Shown in pieces: positions 1-14,151 of a DNA stretch of 64,000 bases. The stretch covers positions 170,872,001-170,936,000 of the forward strand of contig NC_042999.1 of NCBI RefSeq assembly GCF_006345805.1. The letters are read 5' to 3'. Position 1 is the first letter of the stretch, and each line of letters starts with the position of its first letter. Under the pieces are notes generated by a model. The model had not been told where the DNA came from. It worked only from the letters and a program-made list of their open reading frames with translations, and made no database searches. Source of the stretch: Octopus sinensis. Lineage: Eukaryota. The translations under genes were made by a program, and so were the position numbers.

Positions 1-226
1 AGATTGTGCAGTAAATGGGATAGTGTAATTGCAAAAGAAAAGATACGATTTGCTCATAGAGCTTAGAGAATCACAGGGAGATTATTCACTATGTCTGTAG
101 GGTAGTGCGGGTGATTAAGCTTGATGTTGAGATACACACACGTGTGTGAGCGTGTGTGTGCGTACAAAGATACAGACACAAACAGATACGCACACACACG
201 CGCGCACACACATTCTTTTCTTTTAT

Positions 227-440
227 TCTTTTACTTGTTTCACTCATTTGACTGCGGACATGCTGGATCACCGCCTTGAAGGGTTTTAGTCAAACAAATC
301 GCCTCCAAAACTTTTGTTTAAAAGCCGAGTACTTATTCTAACGGTCTTCTGCCGGACCGCTAAGTTACGGTGACTTAAAAACATCACACCGATTGTCAAG
401 CGGTGATGTGGAGACAAACACAGACACAAAGACATACACA
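227..440 (-). mobile_element. 3' module of a composite octopod-type SINE
   Basis: TTTTACTTGTTTCA(C/G)TCATTTGACTG...TAAGTTACGG...GACAAACACAGAC recurs at about 11978-12148, 39370-39560 (rc), 41692-41900 and 59240-59345; in the complete copies it is joined to a tRNA-like head through a microsatellite. Confidence 0.7.
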
Positions 441-589
<149 letters not shown>

Positions 590-1897
590 AATAATGAACT
601 TATTGTATACGTGCTCAGGTGCACCACAATTTGTAGAAAGTGCATATAAAGTACATGCAGTAATGTAGAAATGTCTGGAAAGCGAACAATGTATGAGTAA
701 GATACATGCTTGTGTGTGTATGGAGGGGAGAAAATCAAGTGTAGTGTTGGCGAATCTCAGGAAGCATGGAAGTCTTGAAGGATGCAGTGCTCCGACAACT
801 AACAACCGATGCCGGCAGTTTGTTCCATGCTTCAGCAACTCTCAGCGTGAAAAAATGTTTCCTGAAGTCATGGGAGCTGTGCTGTTTTCTTACTTTGTAA
901 ATATGTCCACGGGTGTTAGATGGGTGGAGTTTGAAGAGGTGCTCAGAGTTATTGTTTGTGCGATGGTTGATAATATTATGGGTGTCTGCCAAGTCAGCTG
1001 CCAGACGTCGGAGTTTCAATGTGTCCATGCCCAGGGAAGTAAGGCGTTCAGGATATGGCAAATGCCTGATGGAGGGTATTCTTTTGGTTGTACGTCGCTG
1101 AACAGCTTCCAGACGATTGATGTCCTGGGCAAGATAGGGGTTCCAGACCGGTGATGCAAATTCCAGGTGAGGTCTTACCATAGCTATATAAAGCCGCAGA
1201 TAGATAGCCGGAGAGCGGCTCACAAAGGATTTGGTGAGTGATGCCAAGACACCCTCAGCCTTCTTGACAATTTTAGCGATGTGTTTTGTCCAACGCAAAT
1301 CACTGTCGACAATACACCCAGGTCACGTTCACATGAAGACTTTTTGAGACTAGTGTTGTGGAGGGAGTAGGTGGACGCTGGGTTTCTCCTCCCAAAATGC
1401 ATGGTGGTACATTTGTCCACAGCCAGCTTGAGTTGCCAGTCCATGATCCACCGCTGCATTGTGTCCAGGTCTGCTTGCAATAGAGATCTATAGTGTACAG
1501 GATTTGACCTCTTTATTTCGAGGTACAGCTTGATGTCATCTGCATATTTCAGCACTGTGGCATTCTTTAAGTTGGCATCTATGTCATTAACATATGCAAC
1601 AAATAAAAGGGTGCCAAGAACAGATCCCTGTGGTACACCAGATGTCATCTCATAGAACTGTGACAACCTCTTTTCGGCTGAAAATAAAAGACTTTAACCA
1701 GTTATAGAGTTCGTCTCTTACACCCAATGCAGAAAGCTTCACCATAAGTCTTTTGTGTGGCACAGAGTTAAAAGCCTTAGCAAAGTCCAGGTAAACAACA
1801 TCCACCCAGGATCCGCGATCAGTGATTTGGGTAACGTCCTCAAGAAACTCGATGAGTTGATTACAGCAGCTGGAGTTAGGAATAAATCCGAATTGTG
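590..1897 (-). mobile_element. 5'-truncated CR1-clade LINE
   Basis: Minus-strand frames give QFGF...YLDFAKAFNSVPH, GVPQGSVLG..YADDIKLY, PHLEFASPVWNP, TRGHIYK, WNKLP; flanked by (TA)n on both sides. Confidence 0.9.
735..1897 (-). pseudogene. CR1 reverse transcriptase C-terminal half, two frameshifts
   Basis: ORFs 1650-1901, 1220-1666 and 735-1298 are consecutive parts of one RT. Confidence 0.85.
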
Positions 1898-1978
1898 ACA
1901 TATATACATATATACATATGTATGTATATATCTGTATATGTCTGTCTGTCTATCTATCTATCTATCTATCTATCTATC

Positions 1979-2028
<50 letters not shown>

Positions 2029-2137
2029 ATATGTATATATTTATATCTACACAAACGTACACACACGCACAAGAATGCACAGAAACCTATCCCGTCCAGC
2101 ACACACAGACACGCATACCTTTAGACACATACCTTTA

Positions 2138-2175
<38 letters not shown>

Positions 2176-2620
2176 TGAACCCACACATAATCCCATACAC
2201 ACGACACACAATTATACATACACGCACATATACATACATGTATACACACATACGCACGTACAAGCACACACGCACACATACACAAATAAAGCACAGTTAT
2301 TCGCCACGCACCCAAACTCTACGCATACACACACGAACACACACATACATACACACACACACACTACAAACAAAACACACACACGATACATATACATACA
2401 CGCACACACACACATACTTCAAAGTAGCAGTACAGACCTGTGGGAGAGACAAAAGGCACCACTCCTTCTTCTTCGACCTTCACACTACTAGCCCTACAAA
2501 CATGCTTTGTTCAACAGTCACAACCACACACACATACACACACACACACACACACACGTGTCATCATTGCACACATACATACACACACGCACACGCAGAC
2601 CTCCGCGCACGCACATATCC
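1898..2620. repeat. Compound microsatellite (TA)/(TATC)n/(CA)n low-complexity tract
   Basis: Direct sequence. Confidence 0.9.
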
Positions 2621-2748
2621 ACACTTACACACACATTCTCCTGTCTTTGACAGAACTACTCTTCTGTCTTTGAAAACAACTTTCTTCACCCTTTTCCTTC
2701 CGGTCTTTCAAAATGTGACCCCGTGTGTACCGTTGGCGATTTTTTTTC

Positions 2749-2907
2749 CTCTGTCTTCCCTTCTCTGGATCTTTCCTTCTTCTAAGAGCTCCGTTCGAAA
2801 CGTTAAACCCTCCTTCTTTCCTTTTTTCTTGAGCGTCCAATAATACTATATTTGTTCCACGTCCTCGCGTTGTTGTGTTTTTTTGTGCTTTCCTGTTTGG
2901 ATTAACT
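2749..2907 (+). mobile_element. Penelope-like terminal (pLTR-like) repeat, hammerhead core deleted
   Basis: Homologous to 13313-13478; keeps AAGAGCTCCGTTCGAAACGTTAAAC but lacks the CCGACG core; ends in (TA)n. Confidence 0.5.
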
Positions 2908-2940
2908 TTATATATATATATATATATGTGGATATATCTA

Positions 2941-3010
<70 letters not shown>

Positions 3011-3011
3011 C

Positions 3012-3051
<40 letters not shown>

Positions 3052-3067
3052 ATATATATATATATAT

Positions 3068-3101
<34 letters not shown>
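2908..3101. repeat. (TA)n/(TATC)n microsatellite
   Basis: Direct sequence. Confidence 0.95.
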
Positions 3102-3102
<1 letters not shown>

Positions 3103-3256
3103 CGACGAGCTTATTTTAGTTTCCGCCTACCAAATCCACTCACAAGGCATTGCTCAGTTGGAGCTTTAGTAAAAGACACTTACCCAAGGTGCCACGTTGT
3201 GGGATTGAACTCGGAAGCAGGTGATTTGGAAGCAAATGACTTACCACACAGCCACA
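3102..3256 (-). mobile_element. tRNA-derived SINE head (family 1)
   Basis: The reverse complement has an A-box-like TGGCTGTGTGGTAAG, a B-box-like GAGTTCAATCCC and CCTTGGGTAAGTGTCTT; homologous to 10118, 36550, 41940, 58965 and 59375. Confidence 0.75.
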
Positions 3257-3279
3257 TACACACAGACACACAGACACAG

Positions 3280-3312
<33 letters not shown>

Positions 3313-3408
3313 CACACACACGCATGTATATATGTATATATTTCAACAGGCACACCTGAATACAGACTTACGTACGCGCACTCACACGAAATACAAATAT
3401 ACTTAGAA

Positions 3409-3467
<59 letters not shown>

Positions 3468-5199
3468 CAGGGTGAATACTTGATAAGTATAAGCACCTGT
3501 AGCAGATGCATAAGTGTAAGCACCTGTATTTAACGCATATATATATATATGCATACATGGAAGACAAAATGACTTCTTCATCTGAGTGGCCGTACAATCA
3601 AGATTCATTACTTGAGTTATTTCATACCAACCTTCTTATTCGTTCCTTATCAGTATCTGTATTTTAAATCACACATTTTCTCTTTTGCCCTTTTCTCTAT
3701 CTTTCTCTCCCTCTCCCTCTCTCTCTCTCATCTGTAACTGTATCTAATATCATTTCATTCTATCGCAGTCGATTCCATTTTTATCTATTTTCTACAGTTT
3801 GTTTCTTTCCTATACTACTTCCCACATGAGCTCTTTTGAAGGCCATATTCCATTCTCTTTCAAAAACTACTTTCTCTTTTTCTCATCTTTCCGTTGTGCA
3901 TAATTTACTTCTCCCTTCATTTTACAACGTATATCAGTCTTTCAAGGTCTCTACTATCGCATCATATTTTATTATTACAATTTTTCTACTTTATACTCCT
4001 TTCCTTTTACCTAACCAAACTCTTTCACTCACTCACTCACTCACTTCTTTTCGTTCTTAACTCCACACCTTTAATCTTACTGGTTGAATGTTTATCACCC
4101 AATTTTATTTGCTTAAGTATTATATCTCACCAAATTTTAACTTAAAATTTTCTTTTTTGTTTTTCCATTATCTTCCAATATCTTTATTGGCAAAGCGTTT
4201 ATTATACTGGTAAAGAAACCTACATATATATATATATATATTAAAATACGCGCAAATATGTCCGCACACTCTATGGTTACGCCATAATGCGTACATACCT
4301 CGTTCAAAAATTTATGCATTAATACATATGCTGCACACACACACGCACACACACAGGCACACACACGGAAACACACACACACACACACACAAACGCGCAC
4401 ACATGTATGTCGGTGTACATGAGACTGAATTTATAAAAAGCCATTCATATATACTTAACGAAATGTGCCTGTCTGTCTGTTTCAGTAAGAAGGTTTGTTT
4501 GAATAGTAGCGGTGTCGTATATATTTGTATGTTCGGACTAAATAACGATATACGCGTAGAGAAATACCACTGTGTTGGCGCACAGCATCATCGCATAAAT
4601 AGAAACATACACGGGCACTCTCATACATATACACATGTGAGCATAGTAAATGTTTATGTTTAAAATTTTCTTAGAGTGTAACTGCCACTTCTGTTGCTGG
4701 TGCTGCTACTTGTTATACTCTCCGAATATTGTTCTATTGTTGTTAACTGCCATTATATAAAACATAACGATAATTTTAAATGTAATTTTTCTCTTTTTCT
4801 TCTCTTTATATTTTATATCCTATAACCATAATTATATACGTAAATACACATATTCTGTACCATACTCCAATGCATACCAACCATTATTACACATTTGCAG
4901 AGAAACACTTTCTCGTTCTCCTTCTCTCTCACACACAAGTGTTTGTAGTTTTATGTAAAAAAGCTTTTTTTCAAAGTATTGCTATCTCTTCTCATTAAAT
5001 GTTAAATATAAATTCAATTAACTGCCTCCCTTTAAGAAGAAAATACTTACACCGAATGACACAGTATTGTATTGCTATTACCATGTTAACTGGTACTTTT
5101 GAATAAAAGTATTCAAAAATTCACCACAACGGTGTGTGCCGCAGAGCATTTTGAGAGGTATTTACACTGTATTTGTACTTATTCCACTATCATTTTTTA

Positions 5200-5570
5200 A
5201 ATGCTTTTGTTTTAATTGTTTGGTCTGGAGAAAAAAATTGTGTCGCTGGATTTTGCAAACATTCCGAAACCAGTGACATCTTGAATGGTTAGTTGACGAT
5301 TGGGAAAGATGTATTGAGAAAGCAAAATGTTCCTGCGGGTGATGTTCTTAGAAAGGACTGGTCGTAGACGTTAATACAGACCTAAATACTGGAAACAGTA
5401 TACAATGTCTAGGGGAGTTGTGAGTGCCTAGAGGAAAGAGCACGAGGAATCGTTTGTTGTGACATTTACAGTCCAAAGTTTTTTTTCTAAAAGAAAAGGT
5501 ATAAAGAAGAGGCAGCGCGTGTGTGGGCCAGGTGTTGGTGCGCGTTAGAGCGGACTTCATGATGATCAAT
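5200..5570 (-). mobile_element. Highly degenerate L2/CR1-like RT C-terminal remnant
   Basis: Minus frames give LAHTRAASSLYLF and YDQSFLRTS..., resembling the L2 HRRxVASL...SFFPRT motifs; many stops. Confidence 0.3.
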
Positions 5571-7275
5571 CCTATGGGTATTCTGTAGATATGGTGTGAT
5601 ATTTGTATGCGATTATGGTACTATTCCTTGTGTGTGAGCAGTACACTGGAGTGGGTCTTCATTGTGATATATAATAGGTTATACGTTTGTAGGAGCTGAA
5701 GCATTTTCTTATCCTGAATATGAAAGACAATCTTTGTGATGAAGTCATCCTTATGCTAAGTATAACCTTTCTATATAAAATATCGTGACTCTGCAGATGA
5801 CCTCAAAACAGCTAAGCCTATCTGGTGTGACCATCATATATTCCCATCTCCTTGAATGAAATTGAAGTAGAAATAGTCTACTCTATCAGAATTCTGTGAA
5901 GTCCACACAGTACGGCAAATAACTCGAGGTCGAACAAAAACAAGCAAACTGCGTGATTTCAAACAGTATTGATACATCAAAGATAGTAAAGATTTCATCT
6001 AGTATACTAATCATGGTAAGAGTAAACTGTATATAAGCAACTGTTCCATACCATATCCAAAGGTGTCATGTAACTTACAAGGTCATATCCAAGTTACAAA
6101 CAGATTATTATTTTGCAGCGAGGTGGGTATCACTGTACATGTACTCGAACCAAACTGATGATTCAGGGACGGTTTGTTTCTTTTGCTGTTACGCGTTTGA
6201 AAGTGAATTTCTATTATTATTAAGCGTGAATACATTTTTGCTTTATTTAAAACAGTCAAAAGACACGAATATTTTTATTGTATCCTGTTCTTTGATATGA
6301 TTGTGTAGTTTATCATGGCATGGTTACATCATATGCTATTAAGTTAGAAAACAAAATAAGTGTTAAATTCAGTATTTAATGAGAATGGATCTTACACATA
6401 GATAACTGCATACATATCAGCTCTTTCACATTGTTTACCTCTATCACCCTGTATCTAATATAATCTATATCTATCAAACAGAGTTTATGTGTATATGTGT
6501 CTGTGTGTGGGGTCTATGCTACTTGTGGATTTCAAAACCGAGTTGCCGATTTTGACGTATCAAAAGATTCAGTAACTTTCGTAAATAAATTATGGTTTTG
6601 CACAACTCTCTTTTACTACAAAAATAACCTCGAAAACGAGGTCGGTTCGCACAATTTGAGGTCATTTTTGGACAATGTTCTAATTTTCATTTAATCTACG
6701 TTACCAATTTTAATATTTTGGTGTTAAAAATGCAGCAATGCACAAGGAGTGTTATGAGTGCATTTATAATGCACAAAACTCTATTTGTCGACAGAAAATG
6801 ACCAAAAACCATGCATTTTGGGCACAATTATTGGCACGTTTTCCGTACCATCCAATTCTGCTTTTCTGTTCACAAATTTCTTCGGACTTCTATGTTTTCG
6901 ATATAGGATAATAGGTTTTGCCCAAAAATCACGTTTTCAAAATTTTAATTTCCCTCTGCTACACCTAATTTCTTAATTTTTAACTCTTTTTCGATTTTTT
7001 TAAATCCACATAGAAAAATACAGAGATTACGAATCTTGGAAATTATGTTTTTTAAATTTAAAGTTTTCTTAAAGAAAAACTCACTCCTCGCATTCAAAAA
7101 CTAAGAACTCCGAATGTTTTACTTTCGTCTGTTGCTTCACGCATGTGTAGAATTTTACTGAAAAAGCAGACGTCGAGGATATCAGACCACCTCTGGAAAT
7201 CCCGACATGCTCGAAACAACAATTGAACGACATTCTTTCTGAAAAAAGTCTTCAATTTCATAAAAGGTAAAAGTG

Positions 7276-7327
<52 letters not shown>

Positions 7328-7694
7328 ATGTATGTATGTATGTATTCATTCAAATATGAAACAAAAACAGTAGTGTAATAGACATTATCAACAACATGCA
7401 GTTAATGCATATTCTCCGTGTATTTATCAGTTAGCTGTTATTGGTATAGTAGAGAATAATCTTTCAAAGGGTCGAGTGTAAAAACAATTTAGTGTCAGGG
7501 ACAGGCGAGAAGTCACTCTCAATCTCATCTAGGAGTAAAAGAGATCGATGATTTACCAATTTTGTGGCTTGTCAACATCACGTACTCGCAACCTCATATC
7601 TATTTATATGTATATGTACGTATATAAATGTATACACACACATACACGACACACACAACAGAGACACTCACACAAACACATACGTATTTAAATA

Positions 7695-7725
<31 letters not shown>

Positions 7726-7762
7726 GTATTTATGTGTGTGTGTATGTATGTATGTATGCATG

Positions 7763-7827
<65 letters not shown>

Positions 7828-9953
7828 AAAGATAATAGAATGAGATAAAATTCCGAGGTTGTGAAAGAATTCAGAACATTTATAAAGAGGTCTTACGGCT
7901 GTTTCCGGGATATTATATATATCCATTCATCGGAGACGGCGCGATAGTTATTCTAGAGTAGATATGAAATAGAGAGTGAGCTGGAGGAATGAAACAGACG
8001 TGAGATATGCAGGGATATACGACCTACGTTAGACTCCTCATTCGCATAATCACCGAGACTGGAGCTTAACTATTTTCTCTCCATAGCACTTACTCAGCAT
8101 TGCCTGACTACTTTGGGCCTTCAAACACTTATATAAATAAATCTAATCCAGCAACAGCTGTATGCCAGTAGAATACGTTTGATGAACTACCGGATCATGT
8201 TGCGTTTCCTCTTTTTTATATGCTTATGCATAATTGCCTATCAACATTTCTTTACCGGTCACAGTAAAGAAACATAGGTAATTATACATAAGCATATGAA
8301 AGAGAGGGAACGTCTTCATCGGCTTAATCGTTAATATTCGTATCGGCATTTCGTGGCGTAGCTACTGATTCACAGGAATATCGTCAATTACAGTGAAGAC
8401 TCCTTAGTTTTGTTCCGAATGTAGTGCGTCTTCTCGTTTGATTTCATTCCGCACGAGACCCCGTTTTTTGTGTACAGAGTCATAACTAACTTGAAGATCA
8501 ACTACACCCACAAGCGAAACTCAGATTAGCAAGATAGAATAGCTTATCGAAATGAAGTTTTATATGCTCGATGGTATCGTTACCTTTAAATAATAAATAG
8601 CTATCTCCACTCAGTTAAAATTATTATCTACCATTTTCCTTCTATTGCCATTTTATATAATCTTACACATTTGAGAACATTGTGTGGTATTTTAAATTAT
8701 TTGCTAGACATTATCTGTCACTCCCTCTCTCTCTCTCGCTCACTCTCTCACACACGCAGCACATCTTCCTCTCTTTTTCTCCGTATCCCACAGAACAGAA
8801 CTCTGTAGTTTGGAATTGGACCAAGATTGACTGGAGAATCCGAATAAACATAGATTCTGGTGTCTTCTCTGATTACATCCAATATGACATGTTTGATTTG
8901 ATCAGCTGTACTGTTTTGTATGCTAGAAAAGCTTACGATTAAATGTCACTTTGCTATTTGCCCGTCTCTCATGTACGATGTTTTCTAGTGATATTCGTAA
9001 GATGTCGTTACAATATTAAATTAGTGTTTTATAGCATGCACCACTTATTGCCAATTTGTATTCACTTCTTTCTCGAGTATTATTTAGTAACTGACCTTTC
9101 TGCCTGTACCTGCATATACGTTTTTCTCCAGGGATTTTATTACATACGTTGAATACTTTGTGAATAATAAAAGTTATAATATTTCTATCGTTCAAGACCT
9201 CAATCGATTTTCGCCATTCTATTAAATTACACAGATATATTTCAAGCAAAGCGCCTAACTAACAAATCTGAAAATACTTCACATTCTAATGTCTTGAAGA
9301 CTTACAAGCTAATATTACTACTTACATTATCTACTGGAAGTGAATAATCATCACCATCTTAAAGCACAACATAGTCTCTGAGCTCTGACTTCTCATAAGT
9401 TATAGTCGCAAGATCACTCTTAATATTGCAGAACTAGCTGGCTTATCTTTCAACAAATATATAGCTGTAAATAATGTTTGTACATTTGCTGCTTGCTTTG
9501 TTTGCAATTCTTCTTCAATACTATTCCAGGTTAAGATCTGGGTTCGGATTTCTTCACATGCAAATATATATACAGCCAAAATTCTACTGACAGGGTTTTA
9601 CAGAAAGTCAGTTGCAAAACTACGAGACGAAGATGGAACGAAGATGGCTGGAACCTTTAAGCTGGCTACGTTCGAAATATTCTCATGTCAGATCAAACGG
9701 GTACTGATGTGCGACATAGGAAAACTTATCTCTGATAGATTTTTGCCAAACTGGAAGATGTATCAGTGGAAGTGAGGTAACATAAGTTAACAAAGTATAT
9801 GATCATTTATGAATGTTTCCCCCAGCTCAGGAAATTCTGTTTAATCGTATCAGAGAGAAAATTTTCATGGGCGTTCATTCTGATTTGTTGTTATGATAAT
9901 AGGTCATTTGGATAGATATTTGCGTGTAAAGATAGAATGAAAGATACATTCAC

Positions 9954-10035
<82 letters not shown>

Positions 10036-10117
10036 CCTTTGTAAATTTATAAGTACATACATCTCTGCTACTTCATACTGTAAACACGCTCGCCGCACAC
10101 ACACACACATATATATA

Positions 10118-10280
10118 TACGACGGGCTTCTTTCAGTTTTCGTTTACGGAATCCACTCACAAGTCTTTGGTTGGCTCGAGGCCATAGTAGAAGACACTTG
10201 ACCAAGATGCCAAGCAGTGGGACTGAACTTGGAACCATGTGGTTGGTAAGCAAGCTACTTACCATACAGCCACTCCTGCT
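10118..10280 (-). mobile_element. tRNA-derived SINE head (family 1)
   Basis: rc GGCTGTATGGTAAGTAGCTTGCTTACCAACCACATGGTTCCAAGTTCAGTCCC...AAAGAAGCCCGTC. Confidence 0.8.
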
Positions 10281-10319
10281 ACTATTTCTCTCTCTCTCTC
10301 TCTCTAAATGAAATAAGTA

Positions 10320-10362
10320 TTATTACTGTTATTATTATTATTATTGTTGTTATTATTATTAC

Positions 10363-10440
<78 letters not shown>

Positions 10441-10494
10441 CATTATTAATAATAATAATGAGGATAAAATAAAAATAATAATAATAATAATAAA
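10320..10494. repeat. (TAT)n then (AAT)n trinucleotide tract
   Basis: Direct sequence. Confidence 0.95.
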
Positions 10495-11005
10495 AAGTTG
10501 GTATAGGCACACACCAGAAAAGGTCACAGAAAACGAGAAAGCAACCATACTCTGGGATATGCCGATGCACACAGATAGAGAAATTAAGGCCAACAGACCA
10601 GATATAGTTGTCAGAGATCATGAAGAAGAAAAATGCTTTCTAATTGATATATCAATACCAGCAGATAACAACGTATCTCTAAAAGAAATGGAGAAACTTT
10701 CAAAATACAAAGACCTGGAAATAGAGGTAACCAGAATGTGGAATCTAAAAACAGAAACAATTCCTATCATAATAGGTGCATTAGGCATGATAAAAAATAT
10801 TCAGACAAATACATAACAAAAACACCAGGACTTACAAACACATATAACATACAGAAAATTGCACTACTAGGCACTGCACACATCCTACGCAGAACACTTT
10901 CCATACAATAACCATCAGAGCATCACAACAAATCACAGCAAATACCCAAGGCACACAGAGCTGCGCTCGGTAGTGAAGTGAAAGCACGCTGTAAAAATAA
11001 AACTA

Positions 11006-11008
<3 letters not shown>
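10495..11008 (+). mobile_element. 3' end of an R4/Dong-like RLE non-LTR retrotransposon in (AAT)n
   Basis: ORF 10559-10816 NRPDIVV...LIDISIP.D.N...KE.EKLSKYKDLEIE...IIIGALG is a PD-(D/E)xK restriction-like endonuclease; (AAT)n on both flanks. Confidence 0.85.
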
Positions 11009-11064
<56 letters not shown>

Positions 11065-11069
11065 TAATC

Positions 11070-11126
<57 letters not shown>
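11009..11126. repeat. (AAT)n microsatellite
   Basis: Direct sequence. Confidence 0.95.
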
Positions 11127-11627
11127 GGAAGTGTTATCATGAACATTGTTTTGTCTTGGTATAAAAGATGGGCTACAGCAAATATTCTGCTCAATACCAC
11201 AGATTTGCTTGTCAGTTGTTTGGCCATAACCAGTTGAGCATGTCCCTTAGTGGCTGACGATATGTGCATCTCTGATCACGAGCAGAAGTAGTGGGGGAGC
11301 ATCATGGCCATGTGTTGAGAGGGATTCTTTGGGGTTTGAATAATTCACCTCTGGAAACATAGGTGTTTCGTTCAACATCCTAAAGCAACCCTTATTCAGG
11401 GACCTTTTGAGCAGGATGGGCTACTCAACATGAAGAAAATTCTAACTGGGCCCCACCTGCAAGGTCATGTGCTGTTTATCTTGATATGAGATCACCATGT
11501 CGCGCACATATGGTTGTGATGCATGTGCCTGGTGTAACTTTATCAGACGGGTAGTCATGATGGGTATATTGGGCTTCGTTAATTTTACCCCAGTGTCACT
11601 TTGATGGCATAAACTGCTCTCTCACTC
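11127..11627 (+). mobile_element. About 500-bp non-coding interspersed element within (AAT)n, 5'-truncated copy
   Basis: A reverse-complement homologue lies at 22225-22777; both are bounded by AAT/ATT repeats. Confidence 0.75.
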
Positions 11628-11691
<64 letters not shown>

Positions 11692-11699
11692 GTAAGAGG

Positions 11700-11935
11700 G
11701 CTAGCAAGTTTAAACCTTTACAGGTAAACTACAAACAAAATTTAGATTTAATCGAGTATACAAATACCACTTGCTATAAACAGAACCATCGCTCCTAAAG
11801 CACCAATTAGTCACGAATAAGATACACGGCTAATGCAATGAACATAACATAAACAGGCTTACCTTGCGTGGAATAGAGAAGTAAGGAATGCGTATATGAC
11901 AGGATCGACTGATATAGCAAGTGGTATATATATTC
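11700..11935. repeat. Interspersed repeat homologous to 53452-53660
   Basis: Shared CTAGCAAGTT...TACAAACAAAAT...TCACGA(A)TAAGATACAC...AATGCAATGAACATA...AGGCTTAC. Confidence 0.5.
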
Positions 11936-11977
11936 CCTATGAAATCAGAATTTAGTCTATGTATATATTCTTTTACA

Positions 11978-12148
11978 CTTTTACTTGTTTCAGTCATTTG
12001 ACTGTGGCCATGCTGGAGCACCGCCTTTAGTCGAGCAAATCCACCCCAGGACTTATTCTTTGTAAGCCTAGTACTTATTCTATCGTTCTTTTTTGCTCAT
12101 CCGCTAAGTTACGGGGACGTAACACACCAGCATCAGTTGCCAAGCGAT
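11978..12148 (-). mobile_element. 3' module of the composite SINE
   Basis: Homology to 227-440 and 41692-41900. Confidence 0.75.
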
Positions 12149-13312
12149 ATATATACATCTTGATACTTGGATTTATATATGTATGTGTGTATATATGTGA
12201 GTGTGTGTGTGTGTGTGTGTGTGTGCGTGCGTAAATTAGTGTGTCTTCGACGATTTTTCTTGTAACAATAAACAATATTGTCGGTGATAATGACCGTATC
12301 CGAACTTCTATTTCTAACGCTCTACTATTTCTTTAACTATTGCCTCCCTTTTTTCTTCATTTTAACTCTCTTATGCGCAATATCATTATCATTAGCATTA
12401 CATTCATCTTCTTTTAACGATGACATCTCAAAGAAGAATATTACATTTTAACGACATTAATCTCTGCATTGAAGAATTAATAATTCATCAACTTGCTTTT
12501 AAAGAGCCGCTGTTTTTTGGCTGCATGTATATATTACTTCAATATGCAACAATCATAGCATATATTGCAATCGATACTTTCCATTTTGAAAAGCATTTAC
12601 CTATTTTACCTTCGGTTTTTCTCTTCTGCATATATAACCGATAATAATACAAAAATGGATGTTGAGTGAAGGTTGCTCAATCTATTGTTAATTAGGATCC
12701 AAATCTCCCTCGCACCACAACCAAAGCACACTATATTCTTAAAAGAAGACATTACATAATGTAAAGCAAAAAACGCGGACTGGTCACAGATAAAATGTTG
12801 AAGTTTGATCTATCTGGTTAGAACGTGGCCTAAACTTGGTCAAACAAACTCAGTAGCCAGCTGTTGATTAATGAAGGAACACATCGTTTCAAACAATACA
12901 TGTAAGAACATTAATGGAATATGAAAGATTTATAAGAAGGAAAAATATTTTAAGCAATAGCAAAAACCTAGTTTATATTCATAAGATAGCAGGAAAATTT
13001 TCCCCTTTGAGCTGGAAAATGAATGGAATGCCTGGTGTGTGTCTTATTGTGGTTACCCACTCCTGAAAAACAATGGGAAATAGTCCTGGGTATATATATG
13101 ATATATTTTTTACGCGAAACCAACTGGTAAGACCAGCAGTGGTATATTTTTAATACTATACATTTCGGCTAATATTTATATATTTATATATATATATATA
13201 TATACCAATTCCTGGATTTTTACACCTACGGATTACTGTTACCATTCTTCCGGAGTACGCCACTGAAATCGTGATTGGAAATCAAACAAATTTGTCCGTG
13301 ACTCTTCCACTT

Positions 13313-13701
<389 letters not shown>

Positions 13702-14151
13702 TGTTTCTTTATTAGCCACACAGGGCTGCACACAGATAGAACAAATTACAAGGTAGAGCTTTTCTTTTGAATGTTTAAAAAAATAAAAAATAAAAAAATT
13801 AAAAAAAATAAATAAATAAATAAAAATAAAAAATAAGAAAAAAAATAAAATAAAATAAAAATAAAATAAAAAAGGGGGGGTCGATCAAAAGGGATCGTAA
13901 AAGGAGAGAAAGAGGACAAAAAAAAGGGGGGGGTTAAAAAAAAGGGGAGAGGAAAAAAATTGATCAATAGGGATCGTTATCACAGAAATGTCAATATGAA
14001 GTGTAAAGGGGGGGACAGGTGAGGTTTACCCGTGGAAAGAAAAGCCTACGGAAAAGACCACGGTAACCTCGGTCAATGAAGTCACATGTTATATTTCTTT
14101 TTTTTTTTTTTTTTTTGCAAATAAGCAACTCTCTGTATTAATTTTTACGGT

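Noticed and set aside
693-1154. 153-aa plus-strand ORF, and similar antisense ORFs over Tx1 (16444-16875) and mariner (57524-57964)
   Set aside because: Antisense shadows of TE coding sequence.
1895-2843. Long ORFs (198-263 aa) here and at 23514-23791, 43260-44143 and 57056-57427
   Set aside because: They are translations of TA/CA/TATC microsatellites (YI, HT, LSIY repeats) with no coding signal.
9602-9780. Possible small exons (ttttacag/AAAGTC...CGG/gtactg and gatag/ATTTTT...GAG/gtaaca)
   Set aside because: The frames are open but splice signals are weak and no homology is recognisable; chance occurrence is likely.
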